NCBI GenBank assembly: GCA_043228905.1
Contig: JBHGNT010000011.1
Span: forward strand, 1,426,001-1,490,000
Length of the DNA stretch: 64,000 bases
Direction: 5' to 3'
From: Azolla caroliniana
Lineage: Eukaryota; Plantae; Polypodiophyta
Shown here one piece after another: positions 1-12,763 of the stretch (its first letter is position 1; the number at the start of each line of letters is the position of its first letter). The notes under the pieces are model-generated. The model was given only the letters and a program-made list of their open reading frames with translations, was not told the origin of the DNA and made no database searches. A program made the translations under genes and the position numbers.

Positions 1-1815
1 CCAGGGAATACCAAAGGGAGACGAATATAGAAATGGTCATCCCAGTTCCACAACCGCAGTAACGAAGGCTGGACGAAACCAACCGGATGAATTCCATAAG
101 TAAGCAAGGAATGATGGAGAAAGGAGAATCAAGTAGTAACCATAGGACGGACACTATAGCAGCAAGTGTCCGACTAAGACAAATGAAAAGCAGCCCAAAA
201 GTTACCGACGTGCAACAAGTCACAACCAGATCGAAGGCCAAAACTACAGAGTGGGAGACTCAAGAGACCATCCAGAAACAAGCCACTGAATGGGTACAGA
301 AGGCCAATGGAGGGAACGTGGCTGACTTGCATGAGTAAATCAAACCCTTGGAACCAGTAGAGACCACGAACAAGGACCCGACATGGCAAGCGTTACAAGA
401 ATGTTAAATTATTCTACCACTAACTGCCTAGCCAATATGACAATCATCAAATCCAGAGAAATACCCGAAACAGTGGTAGACGGCGGATCTAGTGTGAACG
501 CGATTAGTCAACACTTATGTGATATCCTAGGTATCTGGGAATGGGAACCATGCCCATTTTGGTTACGGATGGCAGATACAAGTTCGGTCCGGCCAACTGG
601 ACTAATCCAAGAATTGGAAATTACAATCGGAGGACATGCATTCCGGATATCCGCAATGGTCCTGCAACAAAACGCACAAGGGGCATATCCCTTGCTGTTA
701 GGATGACCATGGCTACGGATAGCACATATCAAGCAAAATTGGCAGAAAAATATCATTACCTTCCGAAGGGGCAAGACAAAAGTATGTGTACCAACACAAT
801 CGCGCACAAGCACACGTAAGGAGTTAACGCCCTTGTATGCCGAAAGCATTAATATGCTGGAGGGACTAGTAGAGGAGGTGGTGGACCGGTACCTTGATGA
901 GCATCCAAAGATAGTGCCACTATTCAAAGTAGACGTTGCCCCGTATATAGTGCACCCAGAAGAAGTCGGGGACGAGCCAGATCGGGAGGCAATCCGGGAA
1001 CTATGGCAGGCACAGGAATCCTTGGAACGGGAAATGGCGGTCTCACAACAAGTGAAGGCATCCCACTTAGAGGAGGTAAACCTTGGGACCGGTGAACCAT
1101 AGAAACTAGTAAATGTTGCAAAAGAAATGCCATCGGCGGAAAATTTGGCAATGACGGAATTACTTAAAGAGTTTTGAGATGTATTTGCGTGGTCATATGA
1201 AGACATGCGAGGATTAGAACCCCAATTGTACCACCATCAAATCCATCTCAGCAAGGATGCAAAGCCGGTAGCCCAGCAACAATACCAGATGAATCTGAAG
1301 TATGCGGTGAAATTGAAAGAAGAAATTGAAAAGCTACTCAGCGGTTTTATCCGACCGGTGAAACAAGCAATATGGCTAAGCCCGATCATGGTTGTACCGA
1401 AGAAAAATAGAAAGATACGGGTTTGTGTCGACTACCGGAAGTTAAATGCGGCTACGGTGACCGATGGGTTTCCCTTACCATTTATGGATGGGGTCTTAGA
1501 CGCAATAGCCAGCCATGAGGCGTACAGTTTTCTAGATGGATTTAGCAGATACAATCAGATCCGGATGCACCCTGCTAATCAGGAGAAAATGACATTCGTT
1601 ACTGAATGGGGAGTGCTCGTCGTGGTGGTGATGTTCGAACTCAAGATGGCACCGGCAACGTTCCGGTGGATCATTATAGAAATATTGGGGGAATACATTC
1701 CAGCCTTTATGCAAGTGTTTCTAGATGATTTCGCAATCTATAGCCGGAAGGGAGAACACTTGGACCATCGCCGAATGTGTCTGGAAAAGTGTCGAGATTC
1801 CCGGTTGAGCCTAAA
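1..1815 (+). pseudogene. Ty3/gypsy element A, part 1: decayed gag end, aspartic protease and reverse transcriptase
   Basis: Protease motif VVDGGSSVN (383-706). RT motifs RVCVDYRKLN, YSFLDGFS.YNQI and VFLDDF (1205-1815). Several stops and frameshifts. Interrupted after CTAAA (1811-1815). Confidence 0.9.
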
Positions 1816-2271
1816 TATTAGAGACATGTACTAAAGTAAGCATTAGATAAGGATAGATCTAGGTAGATAGAAAGAAAGGAGAGAGAGAAAGAAGGGCGCC
1901 GATCCACCCGACCACCCCCAGGCGAAGGGATCGACACGGACTCGAGCCTCGATCGGCGTCCCATACCACCGTCGTGGCGTCGAGTCGTACCTGGTGCTGG
2001 CACGCTCGCTACAAGAGTTGACCCACCACAAGACAGAGTCTCGACGTAGTCAACCAGATGATGAAATAAGGGTAGCTAGGCCTCTATTTATAGAGAGACC
2101 CAAGGCCCCTAGCCCTGTTCACACTTGGCCTAATGGGTTGTCTCAATCCCGAGGATTTAAAAGTAATCCTCCCCTTCTTTACACTCTCGTTTAACCCTCA
2201 CACTCATCCACGTGTATAAAATACTACGGTAAATTCTCACCACGGGATACTATATGGTCATGCCTGTAACA
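1816..2271 (-). repeat. 3' LTR of element B
   Basis: Direct repeat of 13266-13725, adjacent to the PPT (AAAGAGGGGGAGTA on the minus strand). Confidence 0.93.
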
Positions 2272-3469
2272 TACTCCCCCTCTTTAAAACATTGCACTCT
2301 TGCAATGGAAAGTTAGGGAAGTTAGTTTTGAGAGTATTTTCGCGTTCCCATGTGGCAGCTTTTATTGATTTATCCATCCATTTTATTTTAAATTCTCGGA
2401 TTTCTTTAGTACGTAATTTTTTTGTTTTAACATCGAGAATTCTTTCTCGTACATGTGGTTTAGAAGATAATTCTTCAGAAGTAACCAGAGTTTCAGTTGT
2501 AACTGTATTGTCGCCAAAACCTAGAAGTTCTTTTAGACGACTCACATGAAAGACGGGATGAATTCCAACACCATCGGGAAGAGCGAGACGATAGGCTGAT
2601 GACCCAATGCGTTTGAGGACTATAAAAGGTTCACAAAACCGTAGGGTTAACTTAGCGCACTTACTCGTAGACAATGTCTTAGAATTGTGAGGTACACGTA
2701 AAAATACCTTTTGTCCAGGGTTGAATACACAAGGTTGCCTATGATGATCGGCATAAAAATGGGCTCTATCTTGAGTTGTTTTTATATTATCTTGGGCAAT
2801 ATGCAACATATCTTGCATATCCCGAAGAAATTTTTGCGTACTTCGCAACTCATCATGATGTATAGTAACCACAATCGGGGCTCGTGGCTGAAAACCATAC
2901 ATCAACATAAAAGGACTATATCCCGTCGACGTATGCTTGGAGCTGTTATAAGCAAACTCCAAAATTGGGAGATAATGTTCCCATTTTGTTGGTTTTGCAC
3001 CAACATATGCTCGAAGCATGTCCTCAATAATTTGATTTACTCGTTCTGTTTGTCCATCGGATTGAGGATGATCCATGGAGCTCATGCTCAACGTACTTTC
3101 TAACTTCTTAAAGACTTGCGTCCAGAAGTCATTAGTAAATTTTGGATCTCGATCACTCACGATATCCATCAGTAACCCATAAAAACGAAATAACTTATCA
3201 ACGAATTGGTAAGCCATTTCAAGAGCTATTACTGTGGTTTTAGTAGCAATAAATCTGGCCATTTTAGTTAGTCTATCCACCACAACCCAGATGGCATCAT
3301 GGCCTTTTTGGGTGCGAGGAAGGCTAACAATAAAATCCATGGATATACTTTCCCACTTATTATTGGGAATGTCCAAGGGATGTAAAAGTCCTGCGGTTTT
3401 AAGTCGCTCGGCTTTGTTAACCTGACTTTGGTGACATTTAGTCACATAGCTATGTATGTCAAGATGCAT
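2272..3469 (-). pseudogene. Element B integrase with C-terminal chromodomain
   Basis: WESISMDFI, VVVDRLTKMARF, SDRDPKF, HPQSDGQTERVN and HPVFHVS, followed by a chromodomain-like ERILD...FKIKW....ATWE. Confidence 0.9.
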
Positions 3470-3499
3470 CTTAGGCCAATAAAATTGAGTGGAGATGAG

Positions 3500-4799
3500 A
3501 ACGAGTGTACGATGTATTCCAGGGTGCCCTACTGAGGGTGCGTCATGGCATTCAAAAAGAATCCTCTTTTTGACCTTGGGTAAATCTGGAACACAAACCT
3601 TCCAACTACGGTAGAGCAGACCATTAGCAATGTGGAAGTATTCCTTCGAAGATGTGGTGGTGTCTGTTTCAGACTCAACTCTTGCTCAGTATTTTGCGAA
3701 ATAACTGTCATCAGGATACTTTCCTCGAAGGTGATCATAAAGATCTGATGTTATTTCAGTGAAGCTAAGCATGTTAACTTCACGGATGCGACTTAGTGCA
3801 TCAGAGACAATATTCATGGAACCTTTACGATATCGTATGGAAAAATCAAAGTCCTGGATGAGATCAGCCCATCGTGCCTTACGACCTTTCAGGTCTTGTT
3901 TGTCACAAAAATATTTCAAGGACTCGTGGTCCGTAGTTACCACAAAGCGATTTACATAAAGATAATGGCGCCATGTTTTGAGTGCATGTATAATTGCAAA
4001 TAATTCCTTTTCTTGAACGGTAAACCGACATTGAGCAGAATCAAGTTTCTTACTCTCGAATGCTATTGGTTTACTATCTTGATATAAGACAACACCTATA
4101 GCATAATCACTTCCATCGGTTTCAACCTCAAAAGGTTTTGAAGGATCAGATAAAAGAAGTGAAGGAGCCTTGCATACCAGGTCCTTGAGTTCCTTAAAGG
4201 TGAGGTCTAGTGTAGCATTCCACACAATAGGTTTTGTAGACTTACGTGTTTGACCTTTTAAAAGATCAGTAAACGGCGTCGTCAATTGGGAGTAATTACG
4301 AAGGGATTTTCACAAAAACCTGACAAAACCAAGGAATGATCGAACTTCTTGAATATTCCAAAGAGTGGGCCAAAGCTTGATTTTCTCGATGCGAGAAGGA
4401 TCAATTTCAACTCCTCATTCGATTATGAGATGTCCAAGATAAGTAATTGATTTCTTGAAGGACTCACATTTTGAGATCTTCGCGTAAAACTGTTTGTCAC
4501 GCAATGTTTGTAAAACAAAGCAGACATGTTTAGCATGTTCTTGTAATGTATGGCTATAAACTAAAATATCATCCAAGAAAATAACGACAAATTTTCCAAG
4601 TTGTTCTCGGAAAATGTCATTCATTTCTTGTTGAAATGTAGCCGAAGCATTGGTCAAACCAAAAGGCATAACCAAAAACTCATAATGGCTATAGCGTGTA
4701 CGAAATGTTGTTTTAGGAACATCGTCCTCACTTATACGAATTTGATGGTAGCCAGTACGGAGATCAAGTTTCGTAAAATACCGAGCTCCCTGAAGACAG
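3500..4799 (-). pseudogene. Element B RT (C-terminal part), RNase H and integrase zinc finger, fragmented
   Basis: VMPFGLTNA and [10 protein letters not shown] (4415-4675). FEVETDGSDYAIG, EKELFAI and TDHESL (3686-4285). Confidence 0.9.
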
Positions 4800-7690
4800 T
4801 GTCATGAAGATTTTCGTCCATAGGCGGAAACCGGGGTGGAAAGGGCAAGTCGGTGGTGTGCAACATGTGCACACGTATACTTGGAAATGGTGTATAGAAA
4901 TAAGAGGGGAAATTTTATCCCACATTGTAAGGTCCCTCCCTCCTTGGGCTATAAAAGGAAGGGAGGGGTCACTTATGAAGGGTTGCCTATTTTGCGTATG
5001 AGAGGTATATCACTTAGTCTAGAGTTCTTACTGTTTTAGGGTTAGGGTTTCGTTTAGGGTTTTCCTTATTCATCTTCGGTTAGGGTTTTCCCATGGTCGT
5101 TTGGTGTGGCCCACGCGGTGACCATGTTTTAATAATCTGTTCGTTTTAATATAACTTGTTGAGTATCTTGCCTCCGCAGATCTCTCCTTCTATGTCATGG
5201 TCTTATTCTTTCCTCTTCTCCTCTTGAGCTAAGCCTCCATATCATGTATTATCCTTTGTCCTCTACTCCCTAGTCCAAGACCCCCGTGGTCCCGCCCCTT
5301 CTACACGCACGCACGTAACAACGCGACATCTTTGGTGAACCCGACGTGAAGGGTGGCAAGGGAGCATGGAGATGGAAGAAGACTTAGACTTCGAGGAGAT
5401 GATGGCAAAGATCGTGATGGAAGCTGGACGGAAGATGGCGAAGTGAGATGCGGCTCAACAAGCTGTTGAAAGGGTGGTCGATTGAGTCAGCCGGTTCAAT
5501 GGGAATGAGGTCCCAAAATTTTTGGGAGCCAAGGCCGAGATGGTGAAAGGGGGCGTGGACGAGGCGATGCGGCTAGAGTATTTTCCTTGAGTGGCGGTCG
5601 TATCGGTGCACAAGAAGGTCAAAGAGCTCCGAGAAGCTCACGAATCGTGGGAGTCCTTTGAGGGAGCTCTATTGGAGGTGTACGGATACGCGAAACCAGA
5701 GTGGGTATGCCGGCAACCCGATGGGGAGCGGTCGGCAACAACGTGGCCCACGAGCGGCGGAGAAGAGAGGGCAGTGAGCGGCTATGCACTACCGTCGGCA
5801 GAGAGCTCGACGCGCGATCAACTGGAGGAGTACGACCTAGAGGCGTTGGTTGGGAGGCATCCGAGAGCGTGAAGGTGAAGTTCAAAGCTAAAGAAGGGCT
5901 TATTATGGAGTCGGGCCGGAGATGATCCGAGGATGCGGAGGAAGAAGCCTCCCTATGCGTGGACGATGGGGCCTATAGGGAGGCCGGAAGAGCGTGCAAC
6001 GGTGACGAAGTGGGAGAGGGTGCAGGGCAAGCGACCCTCTCGTGTTGCGGAAAAGGGACAGCCATAGACGAGGCCAGTGACTACGAAGCGGGGAGCACCA
6101 CTTCGAGAGTGGGCGGAGGTTTTGGGACACGATTGCCCAAAACATCGAGCGGGGAGGAGATGAGCGGTGGTGCCAGGACCTTACCCACACCGATTCTAGA
6201 GACTCCGGCATCCGGCCCGAGAGCCGGTGTGAGACCTAGAGTGATGAACGGTGGCCGCGACAAGGTGGGCAACCAAGACGATGACAAGGAGATCGAGGAA
6301 GAGGAGGCGGCAAGCGTAATCGAGGCTTCCGCGATCGGAGATGGGGTAGCCACGGACAACGACGTCCGGATAGAGGTGGCTACGGACATAACGAGCGGCG
6401 GTGCCGGTATCTTACCCACACCAGTCCTAGAGGCTCCGGCGGTCGGCCTAAGTGCCGGCGTGAGACCTAGAGCGATGGGCGGTGGTGGCGGCAAGGCGGG
6501 CAACTTAGATGACGACATGGAAGAGACGGCGGCAAGCGTAATCGAGGCTTGCGCGATCGGAGGCGGGGTAGCCGTGGACAACGACGTCCGGAAGGAGGCG
6601 GCTACGGACACAACGAGCGGTGGTGTCGGGTCCTTACCCACACCGGTCCTAGAGGCCCCGGCGGTCGGCCCCGAGAGCCCACGTGAGACTGGAGAGACGG
6701 AAGGTGGCGGCGACAAAGCAGACGATCGAAACGATGACGAGGAAGGTCATAGCGGACGAAGGAGAGACCCCTCGACACCGGGGCCGGAGACTACGGCGGT
6801 TGCGCTCGAATGCCAACATAAGACCAGAGAGAAGGGCGGTGGTCGTGAGGAAGCGTGGCCCGGAGCGAAAACGTACGAAGATGAGGTTGCGAGGCCCGGA
6901 ACGGGCATGTACAAGAGGACCGATGGAGAGGTCGGGAGCGGCAAAGAGGAGAGAGTCGAGAACCGAGCCGACTGGAAGATGAACCGGTCGATAATCCGAC
7001 ATGACCAGAAGACGACGCGAAAGAAGATTGGAGCGGGGTCCGGTCAACCGGGCCCGAACCGAAGAAGAACCGGCAAGGCCGGATTTGTTCGGACAAACAT
7101 GTACCGGCCGGTTACGATTACGGAAGGGAGTCGACCAAACCGGAACTCGATCGGCCGAGACCAATCCGGGCGAAGGCTAAGTCGGCATGATTGGAGATCG
7201 AGGCGAACGAGCCCCAACACCTGGTGGGAGCCAGTGAGAGCGAGAAGGAGGCCAAGCATGCACGAGGAGTACGACTCGGTGGGAGGCCAAGAGCGAGAGG
7301 AGCCCTCCACATCTATCCTTGAGACTTTGGCGGTTGCGGATCGACGTAAGACCAAAGAGAAAGCGGGTGGCGGCGACGAGTCAGAAGCCAGAGCGGACGA
7401 GGATATCGGAACGGGTATCCGATACGGAATGACGGATGAGCGGGCCCAAGACGATAAGTCGGGGTTGGAAGGGGCTACAGCAACGAAGGGAGAAGAGGCC
7501 GACGCAGAGGTCGGGACTATGGCGGGAGAAGCGTGTAACACGAAGCATGCATTACGGCGTAAAATGGAGCGTGCACTATGGCCGGCGAAGGGCCAAGAAG
7601 CAGGCATGCACCCGGAAGAGCGGCAACGGCGGACCAGTCGAGCCTTTGAGAGGCAAGCATACGGCAAGAGACGGAGCAGTGAGTTGCCGG
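4800..7690 (+). mobile_element. Element C: tRNA-Trp-primed, pol-less LTR element (5' LTR, gag remnant, repeat-protein ORF); 3' end lost
   Basis: LTR 4800-5328 (TGTCATGAAG...CGCGACA). PBS TGGTGAACCCGACGTGAA at 5333-5350. The gag-like remnant 5367-5700 is homologous to the E/F gag N-terminus. No RT, RNase H or integrase motif is present. Confidence 0.8.
5959..7690 (+). CDS. Low-complexity E/G/R/T-rich repeat protein ORF of element C, cut by the C2 insertion
   Basis: Open frame of 579 codons with repeats of PTP(I/V)LE(T/A)PAV. DNA repeat units start near 6181, 6412 and 6633. Expression is not demonstrated. Confidence 0.5.
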
Positions 7691-10600
7691 TGTCGTGACA
7701 ATTTTCGTCTACGGTGTGAAACCGAGTGAGACGAATAAACCAAGGATGTGCAACATTGCACATACACTTAGCAAATAAGCCTCCTAAGGCCTAATGAAAC
7801 TTGAGTTCATACAGAGGGGTGCAAGCAAGGTTTGAACCTTACACCTCTAAGATACAAGATAATTGCCTTACCATTAGGACAACTATCATATAGTGTAGAT
7901 TTTATGTATTTCCTTTTCATATACAAATTATAGACGAAACAACCATAGAAAACCATGTGCACAAATCCATGGTTTTAAACCCATGGTTTGTGCATGACAT
8001 AAGCAAAACCGTGTGCACAAAACCATGGTTTTAGCCCATGGTTTTGTGCATGTCACAAGCATGGAAAGACCTATAAAAGTCTCTAGTTGGGCTTGTGTAA
8101 GGGGGGCTCAATATGTGATATCACCAACACCACTATCATCAATATAATTATATTCGTCTTTATCTTCTTCATATTTTTCTACTTCTCAAGTGTACAATCT
8201 TTCTTCTTCTCAAGTGAACAAATTTCATCTAATCTTACATTGATCGTGATCTCTTCGATAATTTTGCAAACATCCTCCCTAGTCCAAGACCTCGGTGGTC
8301 GCTCGAGTAGCACACGCACGCGCGAATCTTCGCGACATCATTTGGTGAACCCGACGTGAAGAGCAGCAGGGGAGGACGAAGATGGATGGCGAATATCTCA
8401 TGGCGGCAATGTCAAAAAGGATGATGGAGTTTCTGAGAGAAGGGAAAAGAAGAAATGAAGCCCAACAAGCCGTCGACAAGGTAGTTGAGCGAGTGAGCTA
8501 TTTCAACGGCGCCAAAGTCCAAAGTTTTCTAACAGTCTACAATGCGGAGATGGATTCAAGAGGTGTGGACAAAGCTATGAGGCTGGAGTACTTTTGTCGA
8601 GTGGTGTCTCAACCGATCTTCAAAGATGTAAAAGAGCTTCTAGAAGCTCATGATTTGTAGGCGACTTTCAAGAAGACTCTATTGGAGGAATATGGCTATG
8701 AGAGACTGAAGGGACGAGATCAACGCAACTTCGACCAATGGGTGACATCAACGAAGACCCACCAAGGCGCGACACAAGCATTCGTAGACTTTGAGCATCA
8801 TTTTTCTCAACTGTCGGAGCTGGAACAAAGATTGGTGGGGGTCGATAAGGTCCTTATGTTCGTGAAGTCAATCGATCGAATGGAAAGGATGGCCATCGGC
8901 CTCAAACTCGAAGAAGATGATGGTGCAAATGGCCTCATCGAGGATTGGAGCAAAGTGGAAAGTGTATGCCGACTACACGATAAGGGGCGAGCGAGAATAT
9001 CGACGACAACAAGATGGCCCATGAGGGATGATCGAAGAGGGGCGAGATGCAGCAACGTGCCACCAACAAAAGAAATAAAGCTTAAAAGGGAGACAAAACC
9101 GAGGCGAATGGTGATCGAGGAAGAAGAGACCTCCCAACAAATGAAGTGGCCGATACAAAGGCTCAGGTTCGGTATGACGGTACCGAGAGAGAAGGTGCGA
9201 AACAAGTCACCTTCTTGTCTTACGAAGAAACAACGGCCAAGGAGGAGGCCGATGACTCGAGGACGGCGAACGCCACTTCAAGGGAGGATAAATGTTTCGG
9301 AACACGCATTGTGTACGAAACATCGGGTGATGAAGGCGCAAGCATGAGAAAATCTTGCATGATCGAGGGAGATAAAGTATTTGAGTCTGAAGAGATTGAG
9401 GAGGTAGCCATGACAAACGACATCGAGTCGGAGGTGGCTATGGACGAGTCGACAACTGATAGCCATGTCAAGACTTTCTCCACGATTGTTCCAGAGACTT
9501 CGGCGGTTGCGCCCATGTGCCAACGTGAGACCGGAGAGACGGAAGGTGGTGACGGGAAGACAAAGGCCCAACACAAGGAGGAAAAAGATCGAGGAAGAAA
9601 GGATATCCCCACACCTATTCTAGAGACTTCGGCGGTTGTGCGCGTGCGCCAACGTGAGACCGGAGAGACGGAATGTGTGGACGGAAAAGCGGACGACCGG
9701 AAGGGCGATGAAGAAGACAAGGTAAATGTGCATGAGCGAAGGGATTCCTTCACACCGGTTCCGGAGACTTCGGCAGTCGAGACCGTGTGTCGGCATAAGA
9801 CCGAAGATAGAGGAGGTGGCAAAGAGGAGACAATATGGCTCGAGGCGAGCATACACAAAGGGAAGGATATGGCCGACGAGCAGGCCAAGGATGAAGCCGC
9901 GGTTGAGTTCGATGGAGAGGTTGCATGCGGGAAGGAAGGAAGAGTCGAGAACCGGTCGAACCGGAAGACGATCCGGTCGAGATTCCGGCCTGAACGAAGG
10001 AAGATCCACATGGGGGCCGATCGACCGGGGCTGACCCGGCCGAAACCTGATTCGGCTAAAATCGATCGAAAGATTCCAATCCAAAACGAGGTCGACCCAG
10101 CCAAAATAAATCGGTCGAGCCCGACTAGGGGAAATACGAATGTAGACGAAGGCCAACCGAGCCAAGAAGCGATCGGCGGAGACCGATCCGGAGAAGGGCA
10201 AACCTGGCATAATCGAAGATGGGCATGAACGATCCACAACACCCGGTTGAAGACAGTGAGCGCGAGGAGTGGCCAAGAACCCAATCGAAGGACAAGCACG
10301 GTGGACGAAGGAAGAGTGGTCGTAACGACCACATCGTTCGGTAGATCTACTACAACCGATCAGGGAAGAAGGTGTGAGCGCCGGATATGGTGGATCGGGT
10401 GGCTACGGTGATTCGGTTGGAAAGATTGCGCATACTCGAAGTGGAAGATGAAGTGAGACGAGGTCGACGAGCGTGCAGAGGAACTCGGTTGATCACCATT
10501 GCCAAAGATCTCACCTCTTCACCTTTCTCGGCACATACCGGAGGATGTGCGGGTTTGGTGGGGGTGTATGTCGTGATGATTTTCGGCTACGGTGTGAAAC

Positions 10601-10842
10601 CGAGTGAGACGAATAAACCAAGGATGTGCAACATTGCACATACACTTAGAAAATAAGCCTCCTAAGGCCTAGTGGAACTTGAGTTCATACAGAGGGGTGC
10701 AAGCAAGGTTTAAACCTTACACCTCTAAGATACAAGATAATTTCCTTACCACTAGGACAACTATCATATAGTGTAGATTTTATGTATTTCCTTTTCATAT
10801 ACAAATTATAGACCAAACAACCATAGAAAACCATGTTCACAA
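7691..10842 (+). mobile_element. Element C2: tRNA-Trp-primed, pol-less LTR element nested in C; 3' LTR truncated
   Basis: 5' LTR 7691-8337, PBS 8343-8360, gag-like ORFs 8382-9000, repeat ORF 9146-10228, PPT GGTTTGGTGGGGGTGTA. The 3' LTR starts at 10569 and matches the 5' LTR until about 10842, where B gag resumes. Confidence 0.85.
9146..10228 (+). CDS. Acidic repeat-protein ORF of C2
   Basis: Frame of 360 codons with three T(I/P)(V/I)(P/L)ETSAV...ETGE-type repeats homologous to those in C and D. Confidence 0.45.
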   Translation: MADTKAQVRYDGTEREGAKQVTFLSYEETTAKEEADDSRTANATSREDKCFGTRIVYETSGDEGASMRKSCMIEGDKVFESEEIEEVAMTNDIESEVAMDESTTDSHVKTFSTIVPETSAVAPMCQRETGETEGGDGKTKAQHKEEKDRGRKDIPTPILETSAVVRVRQRETGETECVDGKADDRKGDEEDKVNVHERRDSFTPVPETSAVETVCRHKTEDRGGGKEETIWLEASIHKGKDMADEQAKDEAAVEFDGEVACGKEGRVENRSNRKTIRSRFRPERRKIHMGADRPGLTRPKPDSAKIDRKIPIQNEVDPAKINRSSPTRGNTNVDEGQPSQEAIGGDRSGEGQTWHNRRWA

Positions 10843-10849
10843 CCTTCTT

Positions 10850-11570
10850 CAAAGTGCATTGATAGCGAAGAACTATTTCAACGGCCTCTTCGAAGGATTT
10901 TGGATCCTTATCGTGCACTATCTAGTGATAGTCCGAATTGGGGATGCCATTGACAAAACAAGCTATTAACCAATTGTCCCCTTCTAGACCTGACTTTTGG
11001 ATTTGGGTTCTAGCATGGTGGACATAATCTTCTAGTGAGAAAAATTTCCGACTAGAGAGGTTCATTAAAGCTTGTGCTACCTCAGTTCGAGAGGGAGTTG
11101 GCAGAAATTGGCCCTTGAAAACTGTGACAAAATCTATCCAGGTATCGGGGAATTTCCCCAAAGTACGGAGCCCATGCCACCAGGCGGCGGCCTTACCCCC
11201 TAGTTCTCGGCCGACATATGCAATCTTCTTACTATCTGGCGTGGGATAGAGCTCAAAATGAGACTCCCATCGGCCCAGCCACGTGCAGATTGCCTCTTCG
11301 GTTCTTTCCTTTTTGTCTCCCGTAAATGGCTTCACGACAAATGGTGGTTCACCCTATCGCTCATCAGGTCTATTAGTCTCACGTTGTAGACTAATGACAC
11401 GTGCCTCGAGAGCACTTTAAGATTGCCGAAGTTCGGTCATCTGTTGAGCGGTGAAACAAAGGTATTGGGTTATTTGCGAAAAATACATCTCAATGGACAT
11501 TTGTCCAGGAGGATTCCCTTGAGTTCCTTCCGCTTGAGCGGAGGACATCGGGTTGTTATTTTGAGCCATT
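10850..11570 (-). pseudogene. Element B gag, decayed
   Basis: KPFTGD...WLGRWESHF...GKAAAWW...TWIDFVTVFKGQF is a typical retrotransposon gag signature. It lies downstream of the B PBS and leader. Confidence 0.8.
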
Positions 11571-12763
11571 AAATGATTATTTCTGGAAAAGAAATAGGAT
11601 AAGGTCTGAGAGATAGTCATAACATCATGTCGTGATGTAAACCTATCATGGGCGAGCATTAATCGATATCATTATCTCAAGTCAATACCCCTCTAGACGT
11701 ATGAGATGAGGTTCAAGATCAGGTTACTATGGTAACACAAAGGTGTTTTAAAAACCATGGGGGTGACAAATAAATGTCTTTCCCTGATCTCTATATTGAT
11801 TTTTTCATGGTGGCTCCCCGAGGCTCAACCATGTATGTCCGCGTCATGAATAGTTTATACACGAAAAAAATGTTAACAATAAACTATGTTTCGGTGCCCA
11901 CATATGTGGTTTCGGCTCTTTAAGTCCTATTACGAGGACCCCGAAGTGCACTTAGACCTCAAGTCTAAACATGTGTTATACTCATATGTATCAACGATGT
12001 TGTATGGTCTTGGTCATATTTGCACTCGAGACTTCGAGAACAAATGCATTAAACACTTGAACCAACCAAGTAGGTTGCTCTTCTTGAATGTTTAATGTTT
12101 CATGCGTATAAGAGATATGCGAGGCATTTGCTCATATATGTTTTTTTAAAAGAAACATATATGTCAAGAGTCCTTATTTCGCCCTCATTTACTACAACTA
12201 TGTTGGTATGTTACCTAACCTCAAGTCTCGTAATTACGATGGCATACGCCAAAGTGCAACCTTATGGCCAAGCCAAATGAGCCCTCTTTTCGTAGTAGGC
12301 CCACGTGGCCCATCACATGGTCACGTCAATACGAATGCCTCTCGTAAGAATGATCTCATGGTGGCATCGTATCCATGTAATGAGGGAGGGATGTTGGATA
12401 CGTGTGTCATAAGAGCGACCTCACATGAAGTGGGTCAAGCCCTACGTACTCAAAATCATTATGGCTATAGCGTTTCTTTGCGTAACGAAATATCAAAGTC
12501 ACCAACGGGGATTTCAACAATAAAAAAATTGTTGAAAAAAGGGATGGTGACAACACGATTCGCACAAAAATGTGAGGACGGCCACCAAGAACCTTTCCCC
12601 AAAAAGGAAAACATTCGATTTAAAATCACGTAATAACTTATATACACATATGTATATTATCACATATATACGATCAACTACACATACACGTGACCACATA
12701 TGCCTATATTAAAGAAATCGTTATATTTAATAGCCCAAAATGACGTAATCGAGATACGTAGTC

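Noticed and set aside
5333-5350. tRNA gene
   Set aside because: Only the 18-nt complement of a tRNA 3' end is present (a primer-binding site), with no cloverleaf.
6081-10332. Long antisense ORFs (e.g. 6081-6716, 7044-7763, 9220-10332)
   Set aside because: These are shadows of GC-rich, purine-biased plus-strand repeats, S/P-rich with no recognisable motifs.
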